Assembly: GCA_002504905.1 (NCBI GenBank)
Contig: DATY01000024.1
Span: 16,796-80,795, forward strand
Length of the DNA stretch: 64,000 bases
Source: Euryarchaeota archaeon UBA605
GTDB taxonomy: Archaea; Thermoplasmatota; Poseidoniia; Poseidoniales; Thalassarchaeaceae
Direction of reading: 5' to 3'
Shown here: in pieces, positions 34,303 to 44,819 of the stretch
How the letters are laid out: each line of letters begins with the position of its first letter
How positions within the stretch are numbered: the stretch's first letter is position 1
The notes under the pieces: generated by a model
Databases searched by the model: none
Told to the model about the DNA's origin: nothing
What the model saw: the letters and a program-made list of their open reading frames with translations, nothing else
Made by a program: the position numbers and the translations under genes

Positions 34303-37300
34303 TTGAGCCACAGGCATTACACTTCAAACAAGTACCATTTCTAACCATCTGACTACTTCCACAATCTGTACAAATATCTCCTGTGAAACCATTTTCTCTA
34401 GCTAATCTTCTTGCTTTTGTTGCAGAATCTTCTACTGCTTCGAATGCACCCAAGGTTTGTTGGACTTCTCTAACCTCACCTTTATTTCTGACAACACCAT
34501 CATCTGTAATTTCCGGCCTACTTATCGAATAAGGGTCTAAGTCTTCTTGCGATACATGAGATAAATCATGCCTATCCAGATATTTTATAGCCAATTCTCT
34601 AAATATATAATCAACAATACTGGATGACATTTTCACTCTTCCACTGCCTCCCATAACCATGCCACTTGGCTCAAACTTTTGGAAAGTAAATGAGTTAACA
34701 AAGGCCTCTAGAGGAACTCCATGTTGAAGCCCCAAAGATACAGCAATTGCAAATTGGTTCAACATAGATCTCCATGCAGCTCCTTCCTTTGAAGTGGTCA
34801 GCATTATTTCTCCCAATCTTCCATCTTCGTACGCACTGTGATTCAGATATACTGTATGGCCGCCAACACGTGCCTTCATCCGACCTCCTTCGCAACTATC
34901 AGGCAAAGACCTCCTTGTAGCAATGTAGTCATGTACCATTGCTTCTGCAAGAGGTTGGGCTGTTGGCGCGGGTACCGGAAGAGAATCTACAACTTGCTCA
35001 ACCATTTTTTGAACAATCACTTCTTCTTCTTCCTCTTCTTCCAAAGCGCTAGAATCAACAAGTTGATTCATTAGTGGCTGAGATAACTTAGAGCAATCTC
35101 TGTAAACTGCGCATGCTTTAATCATGGTTGAGAAACTTAAATCATAAGCATCTTTAATTTCAGATACAGTTGAATTAGATGGCATATTAATAGTTTTAGA
35201 AATAGCACCTGAAATGAATGGCTGAGCTGCCGCCATCATGTGTACATGAGCAGGCCAATCAATAGACCTAGTCCCGTATTTACCTCCTGGCGTAGCACAA
35301 TCAAAAACAGGTAAATGCTCTTCTTTCAATCCTGGTGCACCCTCAATTGTCCCTCTTCCTAATACGTAATCATTCGCTTCATTAATCTGTGTAGAATCTA
35401 GACCTAAATGACCTAAAATATCAAAGAAATCATCATTATATTGCTCTTCAGTCATTTCTAATGTATCTACACACATTTCCTTACCCAAGATACTTGGTGA
35501 AAAGGCAGACCTAATATCAAATACGTCTGGTAATTTCTTTTCGATATTTTTAATCTGAGCTGATGTAAATCCTCTTGATTTCAGAGTATCATAAGATAGA
35601 TGTGGACATCCATTCAAGCTCTTCGTTCCCATCACAAACTCTTCGATAGTTTTTGTTTGCTTATCTGAATATCCTAGCCTGCGTAAAGCCATTGTAACTC
35701 CTTTGTTGATGATTCTTAGAGAACCTCCTCCTGCAAGAGTTTTGTATTGAACCAAGGAGAATTGTGGTTCGACTCCAGTGGTATCACAACCCATCACTAA
35801 TCCGATTGTTCCGGTAGGTGCAATAACTGTTGTTTGCGCATTTCTATATCCGTGTTCTTCACCTTCTCTTAATGCTCGATCCCATGCATCTCTTGCTGCT
35901 AATAACAAATCTTGTGGACATTTCTTAGCATTTATTCCTCGAGGCAAAACTGTCAATCCTTCATATTCATCTTCCGGTGCATTATATGCCGCTCTTCGAT
36001 GGTTTCTCATAACTCTCAACATATGTTCTGCATTTCTTTCGTAATCAGGGTAAGGCCCTAATATCGAAGCAATTTCAGCACTTGTAGCATAAGACTCTCC
36101 GCACATTATTGCTGTCAGTGCACCACAGATTGCATATGCTCTTTCATCATCATAAGGTATTCCCATATGCATTAGTAGAGAGCCTATATTGCAGTAACCA
36201 AGTCCTAGTGTACGATAATCATAGGATTTTTGTGCGATTTCGGCGGAAGGAAATTGAGCCATTAATACACTAATTTCAAGTGTAGCTGTCCACAATCTTA
36301 CACTGTGCTTAAAGTCATCAATTTGGAAAGTTTGATTATCCATATCATAATAATGAAGTAAATTAATACTAGCTAGATTACATGCAGTATCGTCAAGGAA
36401 CATGTATTCTGAGCAAGGATTAGATCCGTTGATTCTCCCTCCTTCGGGGCAAGTGTGCCATTCATTGATGGTTGTATCAAATTGTACCCCCGGATCTGCA
36501 CAGGCCCAAGCAGTGTATGCAATCTTATCCCATAGTTCTCCTGCATCCAGAACCTTGCAAGCTTCTGGTTCACGGTTTTCTTCTGCTGCTTTATCCTTTT
36601 CAGTTCTCCAAACTAAATTCCAATTTTCTCCATTTTTCACGGCGTCCATAAATGAATTTGGAACTCTCACAGAATTGTTACTATTTTGTCCAGAAACAGA
36701 CATATATGCTTCTCCCTGCCAATCAGTATCAAAGCATTCGAAATCAACCCCTTTCCAGCCTTGTTTTGCTAGATCTAAAATACGTTGAATATGCGGTTGA
36801 GGAACATTATCTTTAATCGCTTTAACTATTGATTTCCTTAGAGCAGGATTTTCCGCCTGATTGAGTCTTGTATCGTCGTCTTCATGATTCCAAATAGATT
36901 CCATCAATAAGTTTGCATGTTTTTGTAGAATGTTAGAACCGATAACTAATGCCGAAACTTTCTCTTCTTCACTGGATTTCCAGTCGATATATTCTTCTAT
37001 ATCTGGATGATCTAAATCTAAAGTCACCATTTTAGCAGCACGACGAGTAGTTCCGCCCGATTTTATCGCACCCGCAGCTCTATCTCCAATTTTCAAAAAG
37101 GACAGCAATCCCGAAGAACTACCTCCTCCCGATAAAGGCTCTCCTGCACCTCTGATATTAGAGAAATTAGATCCAGTACCTGAACCAAATTTGAACAATA
37201 AAGCTTCACGATTCCATAGCCCCATTATTGAGCTAGTTCCGCCTACTAGTGAATCACTAACAGACTGAATAAAACAAGCATGAGGTTGTGGATGTTCATA

Positions 37301-37933
37301 CGCATTTTCAGATAGAGACAGTACACCTGTTGAAGGGTCAACATAATGATGACCCTGTGCAGGACCTTCTATGCCATAAGCCCAATGTAAACCAGTATTG
37401 AACCATTGAGGACTATTTGGTGCAGAGCGCTGGCTAGCAATTAGGTAACACATCTCATCAAAGTATGCTTTAGCATCTACTTCACTCGCGAAATATCCAT
37501 ATTTGTAACCCCAATATGTCCAAGTTCCTGCCAGTCTCCGAAATAGATTCCTTCCATGTATTTCTCCACCAAAACGATCCTTTGCATCTAAAGTTTGCAG
37601 TTTTTCATAATCCGGTTCACTTCTCTGGAGCCAAACGGGAATGCCATCTTCCGCCACCTTGCGCAGATAGGTTGGCACTCCCGCTTTTCTCAGATATTTT
37701 TGAGCAGCAATTTTCCCAGGAACTCCTTCAAATCCAGATGGAAATTGAACGCCCTCGATAGAATCAGCCATGGTTCCATCAGGATTTCTTATTTCTACAT
37801 CCATAGATATCCAATTGAACAAATCAAAAGGGTCTTCTCCAGCAGTAGTAAATCGTCTTTCAACTATCATACCATTCTCATTATCTTCATGGTTTTCAGT
37901 CATTTTTGATTTATCTTTTATCTTAGTCTGCAT
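34286..37933 (-). CDS. nrdJ: Adenosylcobalamin-dependent (class II) ribonucleotide reductase, long form with a C-terminal zinc ribbon
   Basis: Active-site block NGSNPCSEYMFLDDTACNLASINL, then TVIAPTGTIGLVMGCDTTGVEPQF and a B12-type C-terminal domain (GRLGEIMLTTSKEG). The terminal ribbon is CTDCGSSQMVRNGTCLKCNACGSTTGCS. 1215 aa. Confidence 0.9.
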   Translation of the reverse strand: MQTKIKDKSKMTENHEDNENGMIVERRFTTAGEDPFDLFNWISMDVEIRNPDGTMADSIEGVQFPSGFEGVPGKIAAQKYLRKAGVPTYLRKVAEDGIPVWLQRSEPDYEKLQTLDAKDRFGGEIHGRNLFRRLAGTWTYWGYKYGYFASEVDAKAYFDEMCYLIASQRSAPNSPQWFNTGLHWAYGIEGPAQGHHYVDPSTGVLSLSENAYEHPQPHACFIQSVSDSLVGGTSSIMGLWNREALLFKFGSGTGSNFSNIRGAGEPLSGGGSSSGLLSFLKIGDRAAGAIKSGGTTRRAAKMVTLDLDHPDIEEYIDWKSSEEEKVSALVIGSNILQKHANLLMESIWNHEDDDTRLNQAENPALRKSIVKAIKDNVPQPHIQRILDLAKQGWKGVDFECFDTDWQGEAYMSVSGQNSNNSVRVPNSFMDAVKNGENWNLVWRTEKDKAAEENREPEACKVLDAGELWDKIAYTAWACADPGVQFDTTINEWHTCPEGGRINGSNPCSEYMFLDDTACNLASINLLHYYDMDNQTFQIDDFKHSVRLWTATLEISVLMAQFPSAEIAQKSYDYRTLGLGYCNIGSLLMHMGIPYDDERAYAICGALTAIMCGESYATSAEIASILGPYPDYERNAEHMLRVMRNHRRAAYNAPEDEYEGLTVLPRGINAKKCPQDLLLAARDAWDRALREGEEHGYRNAQTTVIAPTGTIGLVMGCDTTGVEPQFSLVQYKTLAGGGSLRIINKGVTMALRRLGYSDKQTKTIEEFVMGTKSLNGCPHLSYDTLKSRGFTSAQIKNIEKKLPDVFDIRSAFSPSILGKEMCVDTLEMTEEQYNDDFFDILGHLGLDSTQINEANDYVLGRGTIEGAPGLKEEHLPVFDCATPGGKYGTRSIDWPAHVHMMAAAQPFISGAISKTINMPSNSTVSEIKDAYDLSFSTMIKACAVYRDCSKLSQPLMNQLVDSSALEEEEEEEVIVQKMVEQVVDSLPVPAPTAQPLAEAMVHDYIATRRSLPDSCEGGRMKARVGGHTVYLNHSAYEDGRLGEIMLTTSKEGAAWRSMLNQFAIAVSLGLQHGVPLEAFVNSFTFQKFEPSGMVMGGSGRVKMSSSIVDYIFRELAIKYLDRHDLSHVSQEDLDPYSISRPEITDDGVVRNKGEVREVQQTLGAFEAVEDSATKARRLARENGFTGDICTDCGSSQMVRNGTCLKCNACGSTTGCS

Positions 37934-37940
37934 AGATTCA

Positions 37941-37946
37941 CACTCC
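37941..37946 (-). promoter_or_regulatory. SD-like GGAGTG upstream of nrdJ
   Basis: The minus strand reads AATAGGAGTGTGAATCTATG. The GGAGTG lies 7 nt before the ATG (37933-37931). Confidence 0.4.
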
Positions 37947-38054
37947 TATTTTTGAAAGTCTTGATATGGGGTTCCCGGCGTTAGGGATTTTCTCTTCGGA
38001 ATAGAGGGTGTTTAATGCTTTACGAAAGACAATCTTTATTTCCGCTATTTTTAC

Positions 38055-38062
38055 TATTTATA
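38055..38062 (-). promoter_or_regulatory. Candidate TATA box (TATAAATA) for nrdJ
   Basis: The minus strand reads CATATAAATAGTAAAAATAGC, about 125 nt upstream of the nrdJ ATG. This implies a ~95-100 nt leader. Confidence 0.3.
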
Positions 38063-38103
38063 TGATAACCCGAGTAGTCTTAAATTTTTGTTAATTTCAA
38101 AGA

Positions 38104-38505
38104 TTAAGGCCTTAATTCCAGACTCCAGTTTAGTTTAGCCCCTGATCTTGTTATCATCACCCCAACCGAACAATATTTTTCATGACTTTGATGTATTAAT
38201 CTTCTAGCTAATTTTTCAGGAATATCTCCTTCAATCACATATTTCATATTTACAGATGTGAATACTTTCGGCCTTTCAGAAGCTCTTTCAGATTCTAACT
38301 CAATCCACATTGCTCTTACTTTATCCATCCTGTGTTTTAATCCATCAATTATGTCGATTAGCGAGCATGCTCCGTGTGCTTGAAGAACAATTTGCATAGG
38401 ACTTGCTGCGGTATCGCTATGAAATTGAGTAATTTTTCCATTATCAGTTTCTCCTTCTATTTCTTCACCAGTTACCCATCTAACTACACCCTTCATCCTA
38501 CTCAC
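38104..38505 (-). CDS. OsmC/Ohr-family peroxiredoxin-like protein
   Basis: 133 aa with the two conserved Cys contexts, AHGACSLIDI and HEKYCSVGVMI. Confidence 0.8.
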   Translation of the reverse strand: MSRMKGVVRWVTGEEIEGETDNGKITQFHSDTAASPMQIVLQAHGACSLIDIIDGLKHRMDKVRAMWIELESERASERPKVFTSVNMKYVIEGDIPEKLARRLIHQSHEKYCSVGVMITRSGAKLNWSLELRP

Positions 38506-38548
38506 TTCTTGTTAAGGCAGAAGGGTTGGCTTCATGAATGAGTGGTAA

Positions 38549-39796
38549 GTGGCATCTCTGAGAACAATGGCCGAGGGTGCAGTAATTTCAATCAAAAATG
38601 GCAATCTAATAGTCCCAGATGAACCTTTAGTGCACTATATTGAAGGAGATGGAATTGGAATAGACATTACACCAGTAATGATTAATGTAGTTAATGCTGC
38701 TGTTGAAAAGGCATATTCTGGTCAGCGTAATATACACTGGAATGAAGTTTTAGCTGGTCAGAAAGCGTTCGATAAAACCGGCGAATGGTTACCCGAAGAA
38801 ACGCTTGAAGCTATGAAGACCGGGTTAGTATCTATCAAAGGACCACTCACAACTCCAGTTGGAGGAGGGATTAGAAGCCTCAATGTAGCTCTTCGTCAAA
38901 AACTCGATCTTTTTGCTTGTGTTCGCCCAGTTAGGTGGTATGAAGGAACTCCAAGCCCTGTTAAAAATCCAGATTTTGTCGATATGATTATTTTTCGTGA
39001 AAACAGTGAAGACGTATACGCAGGAATTGAATGGGAAGCAGGAAGTCCTGAAGTTAAGAAAGTAATCGACTTTTTACAAGATGAAATGGGCGTTTCTAAA
39101 ATAAGATTTCCAAAAACTAGTGGTATAGGAATCAAACCAATCAGTCGTGAAGGTACATCTAGAATAGTTAGGGCAGCAATAAATTATGCTATAGATAACG
39201 ATAAACCAAGTGTTACAATTGTCCATAAGGGAAACATCATGAAGTTTACTGAAGGCGGTTTTAGAGATTGGGGATATCAGTTGGCTAAGGATGAATTTGG
39301 TGCTACGGAATTAGATGGTGGACCTTGGTGTACTATGAATAATCCAAAAACTAATAATCAAATTATAATTAAAGACGTAATCGCTGATGCTATGTTACAG
39401 CAAGTACTTACACGACCTAAAGAGTATGGGGTATTGACAACAATGAATCTTAATGGAGATTATATTTCTGATGCTTTAGCCGCCCAAGTAGGAGGAATTG
39501 GAATTGCTCCAGGTGCCAATATAAATTATGATACTGGAATATCAATATTTGAGGCAACACATGGAACGGCACCAAAATATACAGGGCAGAATAAAGTAAA
39601 TCCCGGATCCTTAATTCTCTCAGCAGAAATGATGCTCCGCCATATGGGGTGGAATGAAGCTGCCGACTTGATTGTGAGAGGTATGGAAGGTGCAATATCT
39701 GCAAAAACCGTAACATACGACTTTGAAAGGTTGATGGATGATGCTAAATTACTGAGTTGTTCAGATTTTGGAGATGCATTAATTTCTCATATGTGA
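38549..39796 (+). CDS. icd: NADP-dependent isocitrate dehydrogenase (prokaryotic homodimeric type)
   Basis: Matches [66 protein letters not shown] and [10 protein letters not shown]. The track start is GTG at 38549; the first ATG is at 38567. Confidence 0.9.
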   Translation: MASLRTMAEGAVISIKNGNLIVPDEPLVHYIEGDGIGIDITPVMINVVNAAVEKAYSGQRNIHWNEVLAGQKAFDKTGEWLPEETLEAMKTGLVSIKGPLTTPVGGGIRSLNVALRQKLDLFACVRPVRWYEGTPSPVKNPDFVDMIIFRENSEDVYAGIEWEAGSPEVKKVIDFLQDEMGVSKIRFPKTSGIGIKPISREGTSRIVRAAINYAIDNDKPSVTIVHKGNIMKFTEGGFRDWGYQLAKDEFGATELDGGPWCTMNNPKTNNQIIIKDVIADAMLQQVLTRPKEYGVLTTMNLNGDYISDALAAQVGGIGIAPGANINYDTGISIFEATHGTAPKYTGQNKVNPGSLILSAEMMLRHMGWNEAADLIVRGMEGAISAKTVTYDFERLMDDAKLLSCSDFGDALISHM

Positions 39797-39812
39797 GTAG
39801 TTACTTTTTTTA

Positions 39813-42800
39813 TTAAATCCTAGAATTTAATTGTTGAGCATCAGAGACTACTCCAAATCCATATTCTTCTTCCAAAGCTCTTGATACAAGTCTGAAATCA
39901 GAATCTCTCGTAGCAACTAAAATATTGCCAATTTCCTGTAATGGCAAAGAGGCAAGTGAAGCAGCATCACGCATAATCTCCATATCTCCGCCTTCTGGAT
40001 AAATTTCTTTCCCATTCAATTCAGTACGTTTTGGAATTTCTTCACTTCGATTACGTTTTTGATCATCAACTAATTGGAATATATTTTCATGCTTTAGTAA
40101 GAATTCTTCTAATTCAATCTTTGATAATTTTTTGGAATAATCTTCTTGTGGCCAAGTACTGAACGATTTACATATTTGTTTTACTTTTTTCTTCAAGAAT
40201 TCAGGAGTAATCTTTTTGTTCCACTGTTCTCTATTGATATAGACATCATTGAATAATTTAACAACTGCATCTGGATTTTTTGTTCTATTGGTAAATTCTG
40301 ACAATGCTGCAGGAGGGATGGAAAGGAAGGTTTCTTTCCCTCCTTGTCTTCTCAACATCATATGGAATGATCTTTCAACAGACCAATCAAATGAGCCAAA
40401 GTCATCATTAGAAATTTCTTGAAGTAAATCATCTTTTAGAGCGTGAATTAATACATTGGTATCAACTAGTATTAACGATTTCAAACCAAGATTTTTTAGT
40501 GTTCTTCTGTCTTTAATAGGAATATTTGAACTTTGACTAACGAAAACAGCCCTCTGAGTATCTCTTAATCTCTCAATTTGCCTACCTTTGAAGTAACCAG
40601 TTTCGATAGCCTCTTCGAACCTTCTAATCCCTCGGAGTGGATTCTGTTCAGCAATTTGCTCACCTAACAATGTTAATTCAAAAATATCTTTCATATCATG
40701 TAGCTCAAGCTGGAAACGCCTTTCTAAGTCAGATTCTCTTGAACCGCCAGATTTCTCTAAAGTCATTAATGCAGCTTTAACTCTACCTTTGAAATTTCTA
40801 TCAGGTAGATTATGCTCATCTGGATATCTCTGAATCAACTCTAGGGCTTCTTTTCTTCTCTTATTGTAGTCGCCTTCCAAATCTGCCTTGTTAATTTTTT
40901 CTTGTTCACTTACAAATCTTATTAGTCTCTTGGTTGCAATATCTGTTTTACCCGAATTATTATCTGCACATGTTCTCAAATATAATTGGAACCGTTGAGT
41001 TAATAACGTTTCTAATTCGGGGTTTTGATCTAAAAGTTCGACAGCTTCTTTCCATGTTTCAGAATGCGCATATTCAATCATTGCCTTTCTTAGTATTAGA
41101 GAAGATTCTTCATAATTTTCTTCAATCTTAAGAGCGCCTTCCTTGTAGGCTCTGGCTGCATTCAACCTATTTCCATTCTTTTTTTGTAGAGCAGCACGAA
41201 TAATTTGATATTCAGCAGAATCTTTATCATGAATTCTATACCATTTCTCTAAAGATTCAATTCCTACGTTATGCTCCTTAACTAAATTAGTTATTGCTCT
41301 AATAGTTCTGATTGTATTATCTTCCTTTGCCGCGAGTCTTTCCAATGTTAATAATGCATTTTCTTCTTTTTCAGTATTTCCAGATTGTAATTGCATAGCC
41401 GACGAATTCACATATAATGAATCAATTAAAGCCTCGAATAGTCTTCTATCTAATGTAGATAATTCGATTTGACCAATCGATTCATCCAATGAGGCAATCA
41501 ATGAATTTTTTACAACTCCTGAACCGTCAGAAGACAACGCTTTTCTAACCTGATTTAAAACAATAATTGCACTTTTATCTAAAATTTTATGGATTGAATT
41601 TATATCAGATGGAACTCCACCCAGTAAAGAGATTAGAGATATTGATACATCTGAAAGAACATCATCTTTCTCCGATGTTTCTAAAGAGATTAGAGCCTGT
41701 CTTCTCAGATCAATCAATTGGTCAATTTTTTTTACACCCACATCTGCAGGCATTAAGTGCCACACCATTAATGCTCTAAATGGGTACACTAATCCTAACG
41801 AACTATCAACATTCATCTTTTCCGCTAGGTTTTCAATATCAGCAGTTCTAGTCATAACCGATAATATTTCGTCTGTGTATCTTATTGAATCAGTTTTGGC
41901 GAGAATTTTTGAAGCTTCTAGTTGGATTTTAGAAGGAGCATCTATGCTCCTCATAGCAAAGGCAATACTTTCTTCTTCTGAATTATTTAGAGATTGTAAT
42001 ATGGTTTGTTCAAATTTCTCAGAATAGCTCTTTGAAATCGCCTTTATCGAAAATATCAACTGATCCTCATTATTTATTGATAATTTTTCAATCATCTTTA
42101 TCGATTCATTATATTCTTCTTTTTCAAATAATTTTTTACTTATGCGCCAGAGTAAAATTGTCGGCAAAGTTTCATTTGCATTCTCTAGAATTTTTTTACC
42201 GGATAATAATAATTCTAAAGAAAGCTCTTCATCAATTAGCTCTATTTTTTTCCATGCATTTATTCTGATTGCATTAGCGAGTTTATCCTCACCTTTTTGA
42301 TTAATGCAATCAATAATACCATCGTGATCATTATTATTAAGTAAGAATAATTTTATCTGTTTTGCAACAACTGTTTTCAAACCCTTAACATCTTTAATTT
42401 TTTCAAGAACCTCGATTGCTTCACCAGAATTAGCGCTAAGAAGTAAGATTGATTCTAACAATGCTCCTTCGTTTTCCAATCCTCTTAATTTACCCTTCAT
42501 TATTTGTGGCCATAATAAAGGTCTTGGCCTTCCAGCTAGGTCTTTACGTATTTTTTCTAAAGAAAGAGCTTGTGTAGATGTTAATGAGAATGGTATTTCC
42601 ATATTTAACCAGTTTCTGAGACTAGTAATATCATTTGGGTCTAGATTTGCCTCTTTAATCCAATCCTTTGAATTAAAAATTTTAGTTTCTTCTTCAATAA
42701 TATCGAATCTTTCAAATTCTGCAAATATAGGGGCTTCCCTAGCCAATCTACTCCAAACTGGATGAATCCCTTGACTACATTCTAACCTCAAAGTATTCAT

Positions 42801-43184
42801 TTCTTCTTCATATGATTTGTCCCATGTTGTCATTTTGTATTTTTGAGCAATCAATACAGATAATTTGAATGCCGCAGAGTATTCTGAATTGATCGCCTGT
42901 TGCGGTGACGGCAAATGATCTTCTAAACTCATTCTGGATTGTCTACCTCCCCTTCTCCCGATTCTATTTCGATGGCTACGATTAATTGAATTTTCTTTAT
43001 TTCCAATATCATCTTTTTCTATTACTTTTGGGGCGGTTTTTTCCGCTGCTAGAACAGCTAACGCTTTCCAGTTTTTATTTAGTAAATCCCAAGTGTCTGA
43101 TTTATTAATAGCCCTCTTCCGACGACCTATATCATCTCCTGCTCTTTGCAGGTCCGAAATACAATCTAATAGATACTGCTCCAA
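39813..43184 (-). CDS. Large helical-repeat protein with a C-terminal PIN-domain nuclease module
   Basis: The 1123-aa ORF has only a TTG available as start. About 880 aa are predicted alpha-helical/TPR-like. The PIN motifs follow: LILVDTNVLIHAL (Asp 1), FLSIPPAALSEF (Glu), EGGDMEIMRDAA (Asp) and ILVATRDSDF (Asp). Confidence 0.7.
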   Translation of the reverse strand: MEQYLLDCISDLQRAGDDIGRRKRAINKSDTWDLLNKNWKALAVLAAEKTAPKVIEKDDIGNKENSINRSHRNRIGRRGGRQSRMSLEDHLPSPQQAINSEYSAAFKLSVLIAQKYKMTTWDKSYEEEMNTLRLECSQGIHPVWSRLAREAPIFAEFERFDIIEEETKIFNSKDWIKEANLDPNDITSLRNWLNMEIPFSLTSTQALSLEKIRKDLAGRPRPLLWPQIMKGKLRGLENEGALLESILLLSANSGEAIEVLEKIKDVKGLKTVVAKQIKLFLLNNNDHDGIIDCINQKGEDKLANAIRINAWKKIELIDEELSLELLLSGKKILENANETLPTILLWRISKKLFEKEEYNESIKMIEKLSINNEDQLIFSIKAISKSYSEKFEQTILQSLNNSEEESIAFAMRSIDAPSKIQLEASKILAKTDSIRYTDEILSVMTRTADIENLAEKMNVDSSLGLVYPFRALMVWHLMPADVGVKKIDQLIDLRRQALISLETSEKDDVLSDVSISLISLLGGVPSDINSIHKILDKSAIIVLNQVRKALSSDGSGVVKNSLIASLDESIGQIELSTLDRRLFEALIDSLYVNSSAMQLQSGNTEKEENALLTLERLAAKEDNTIRTIRAITNLVKEHNVGIESLEKWYRIHDKDSAEYQIIRAALQKKNGNRLNAARAYKEGALKIEENYEESSLILRKAMIEYAHSETWKEAVELLDQNPELETLLTQRFQLYLRTCADNNSGKTDIATKRLIRFVSEQEKINKADLEGDYNKRRKEALELIQRYPDEHNLPDRNFKGRVKAALMTLEKSGGSRESDLERRFQLELHDMKDIFELTLLGEQIAEQNPLRGIRRFEEAIETGYFKGRQIERLRDTQRAVFVSQSSNIPIKDRRTLKNLGLKSLILVDTNVLIHALKDDLLQEISNDDFGSFDWSVERSFHMMLRRQGGKETFLSIPPAALSEFTNRTKNPDAVVKLFNDVYINREQWNKKITPEFLKKKVKQICKSFSTWPQEDYSKKLSKIELEEFLLKHENIFQLVDDQKRNRSEEIPKRTELNGKEIYPEGGDMEIMRDAASLASLPLQEIGNILVATRDSDFRLVSRALEEEYGFGVVSDAQQLNSRI

Positions 43185-43296
43185 TTGAAGACACTCCGAT
43201 AAGTCGCCCCAAAGCCCCTCCTACATGAACACACCGCCTTCTCATGCAAGACAGAAAAAGGGAGAACTCAAGATATGTTACGAATCAGGAGTCTTC

Positions 43297-43767
43297 ATGG
43301 AGGTTCTGGCCACGCTAGTAATACTCCTTCATCCAATCGCTGCTCTAGCAATTATTTGGCAATTTTTCAAACAAAGAAAATGGCGTTTTGAGCGGTCCAA
43401 ATTACCGAACGATCTAAGAAATGAGGGAATTTCTAGACATGAAAAAATGGGGAATAAGATTTTTATTTATGTAATACTGGTCATTTGCCTCGCTTTTGTT
43501 TCAAAGATAATATATTTCCAAATTAATAATGGAGTAGTTACTTTTTCCGACATAGCACCCAATCATTTTCATGGATGGGCTGGTATCATTGGACTATTTT
43601 TGATAATATATTTGAGACAACTTGGTATAAAAGCCAGCAATAATAGAAACAGTGAGAAGCCTTATGCAAAAATTAGCAACCTTCATGGAAGAATAAGTGA
43701 TGTGATGATGTACTTGATAATTATACATGCATTTCTAGGATTTTTATATTTATTTACCTATCTTTGA
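43297..43767 (+). CDS. Small 4-TM membrane protein (hypothetical)
   Basis: TM segments LATLVILLHPIAALAIIWQFF, IFIYVILVICLAFVSKIIYF, WAGIIGLFLIIYL and VMMYLIIIHAFLGFLYLF. The ATG at 43297 is preceded by CAGGAGT 8 nt upstream. The track's earlier ATG at 43225 has no SD. Confidence 0.5.
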   Translation: MEVLATLVILLHPIAALAIIWQFFKQRKWRFERSKLPNDLRNEGISRHEKMGNKIFIYVILVICLAFVSKIIYFQINNGVVTFSDIAPNHFHGWAGIIGLFLIIYLRQLGIKASNNRNSEKPYAKISNLHGRISDVMMYLIIIHAFLGFLYLFTYL

Positions 43768-44744
43768 GACCAAATTTTTAACCATTCATCAATATTTGAT
43801 TCAATATCTTCTCTAACAACCTCTCTATTAGTAACAATCTTGTTGTCAATAGGTTTTATTCTACAGCCACAAGCATTGGCATGCCCCCCTCCATCTAAGT
43901 CAAAATTGGTCGCTAACTTAGTTAAGTCAAAGATACCTCCTGATTTATGAAGGAAAGAATTTGTATAAAATGAAGCCGACACGGGATAATTTTCCTCCTC
44001 CTCAAAAGTCGCTCCAATATCTCCATGTATAACCATACAAGCATCACATTCTTCTCCAGCAATTGCTGTAACAAGATATCCGTTAGATCTAATCTTTAAA
44101 TTCTCTAATCTTGCAATTGCTAGCCTGTCAATAATGTAGAGGTTTTCTTTAATAATTCGATTAAGATATTCTTGTTTAGCCACTCTCTCGTTTAACTCTA
44201 ATCTGATATCCGGTAAATTTAATATTTCATTTATGGGTTTCCTATTTTCAATATTTTCTAGTATCTTCATTGTTATCTCATTACTTGAACCTATTATTCT
44301 CCCTAACCAAAGCACCTTATTATCGCCTTTAAATTCATCAATCGAAATAGAACCTCCATCTAACTTATCAACCCAAAGCATAGTTTCTGACAAATCAGAT
44401 AAATCGATTTTTTCTTTAAGAAGATTGTATGCAATTCTCGCAGCACTGGGGGTTTCCTCCCATAATATAACACAATTTTCTTCGGTTCTTTCTTTAGGAG
44501 CATTTGATTTATGATGATCTATACTTAGTCCACAATTCGGATGCCTTGGTAAATCACAAATTGCTGTATTTCTATCAATTAAGTCGTCCATCATTCCTGC
44601 ACGTAAATTTCCTGGATGGCCAAAAATCACCTCTGCTTTTGGCCACCATCTTTTCAAAATGGCAGCAGTTACTACTCCATCTAAATCACTATCTGTAATT
44701 ATTTTTTTAATGTCAAGGGTTAATGCTTTAGAGTAAATATCCAC
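43758..44744 (-). CDS. DHH/DHHA1-family phosphoesterase (NrnA/RecJ-like small form)
   Basis: Motif I is SDLDGVVTAAIL, the DHH motif is LSIDHHKSN, and the DHHA1 motif is DGGGHANACG. Confidence 0.8.
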   Translation of the reverse strand: MDIYSKALTLDIKKIITDSDLDGVVTAAILKRWWPKAEVIFGHPGNLRAGMMDDLIDRNTAICDLPRHPNCGLSIDHHKSNAPKERTEENCVILWEETPSAARIAYNLLKEKIDLSDLSETMLWVDKLDGGSISIDEFKGDNKVLWLGRIIGSSNEITMKILENIENRKPINEILNLPDIRLELNERVAKQEYLNRIIKENLYIIDRLAIARLENLKIRSNGYLVTAIAGEECDACMVIHGDIGATFEEEENYPVSASFYTNSFLHKSGGIFDLTKLATNFDLDGGGHANACGCRIKPIDNKIVTNREVVREDIESNIDEWLKIWSQR

Positions 44745-44819
44745 TGAAACCCCTCATCTATTACTAAGGGCTACTCTCCTCTTGGTATAATTCAATATCG
44801 ATAACCTCTCCCCAATACT

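Noticed and set aside
34286-37933. Possible intein in the 1215-aa RNR. I checked RFC and Topo VI B for the same reason, since these are common archaeal intein hosts.
   Set aside because: The catalytic motifs are contiguous and I see no Cys/Ser-start ... His-Asn-Cys/Ser/Thr splice-junction pattern or homing-endonuclease (LAGLIDADG) block. The extra length is explained by the long-form NrdJ C-terminal domain, an acidic linker (EEEEEEE) and the terminal zinc ribbon.
37934-38103. Cobalamin riboswitch upstream of the B12-dependent RNR.
   Set aside because: No B12-box-like consensus or multi-stem architecture is visible. Cobalamin riboswitches usually control B12-independent isozymes or transporters rather than nrdJ, and riboswitches are rare in archaea.
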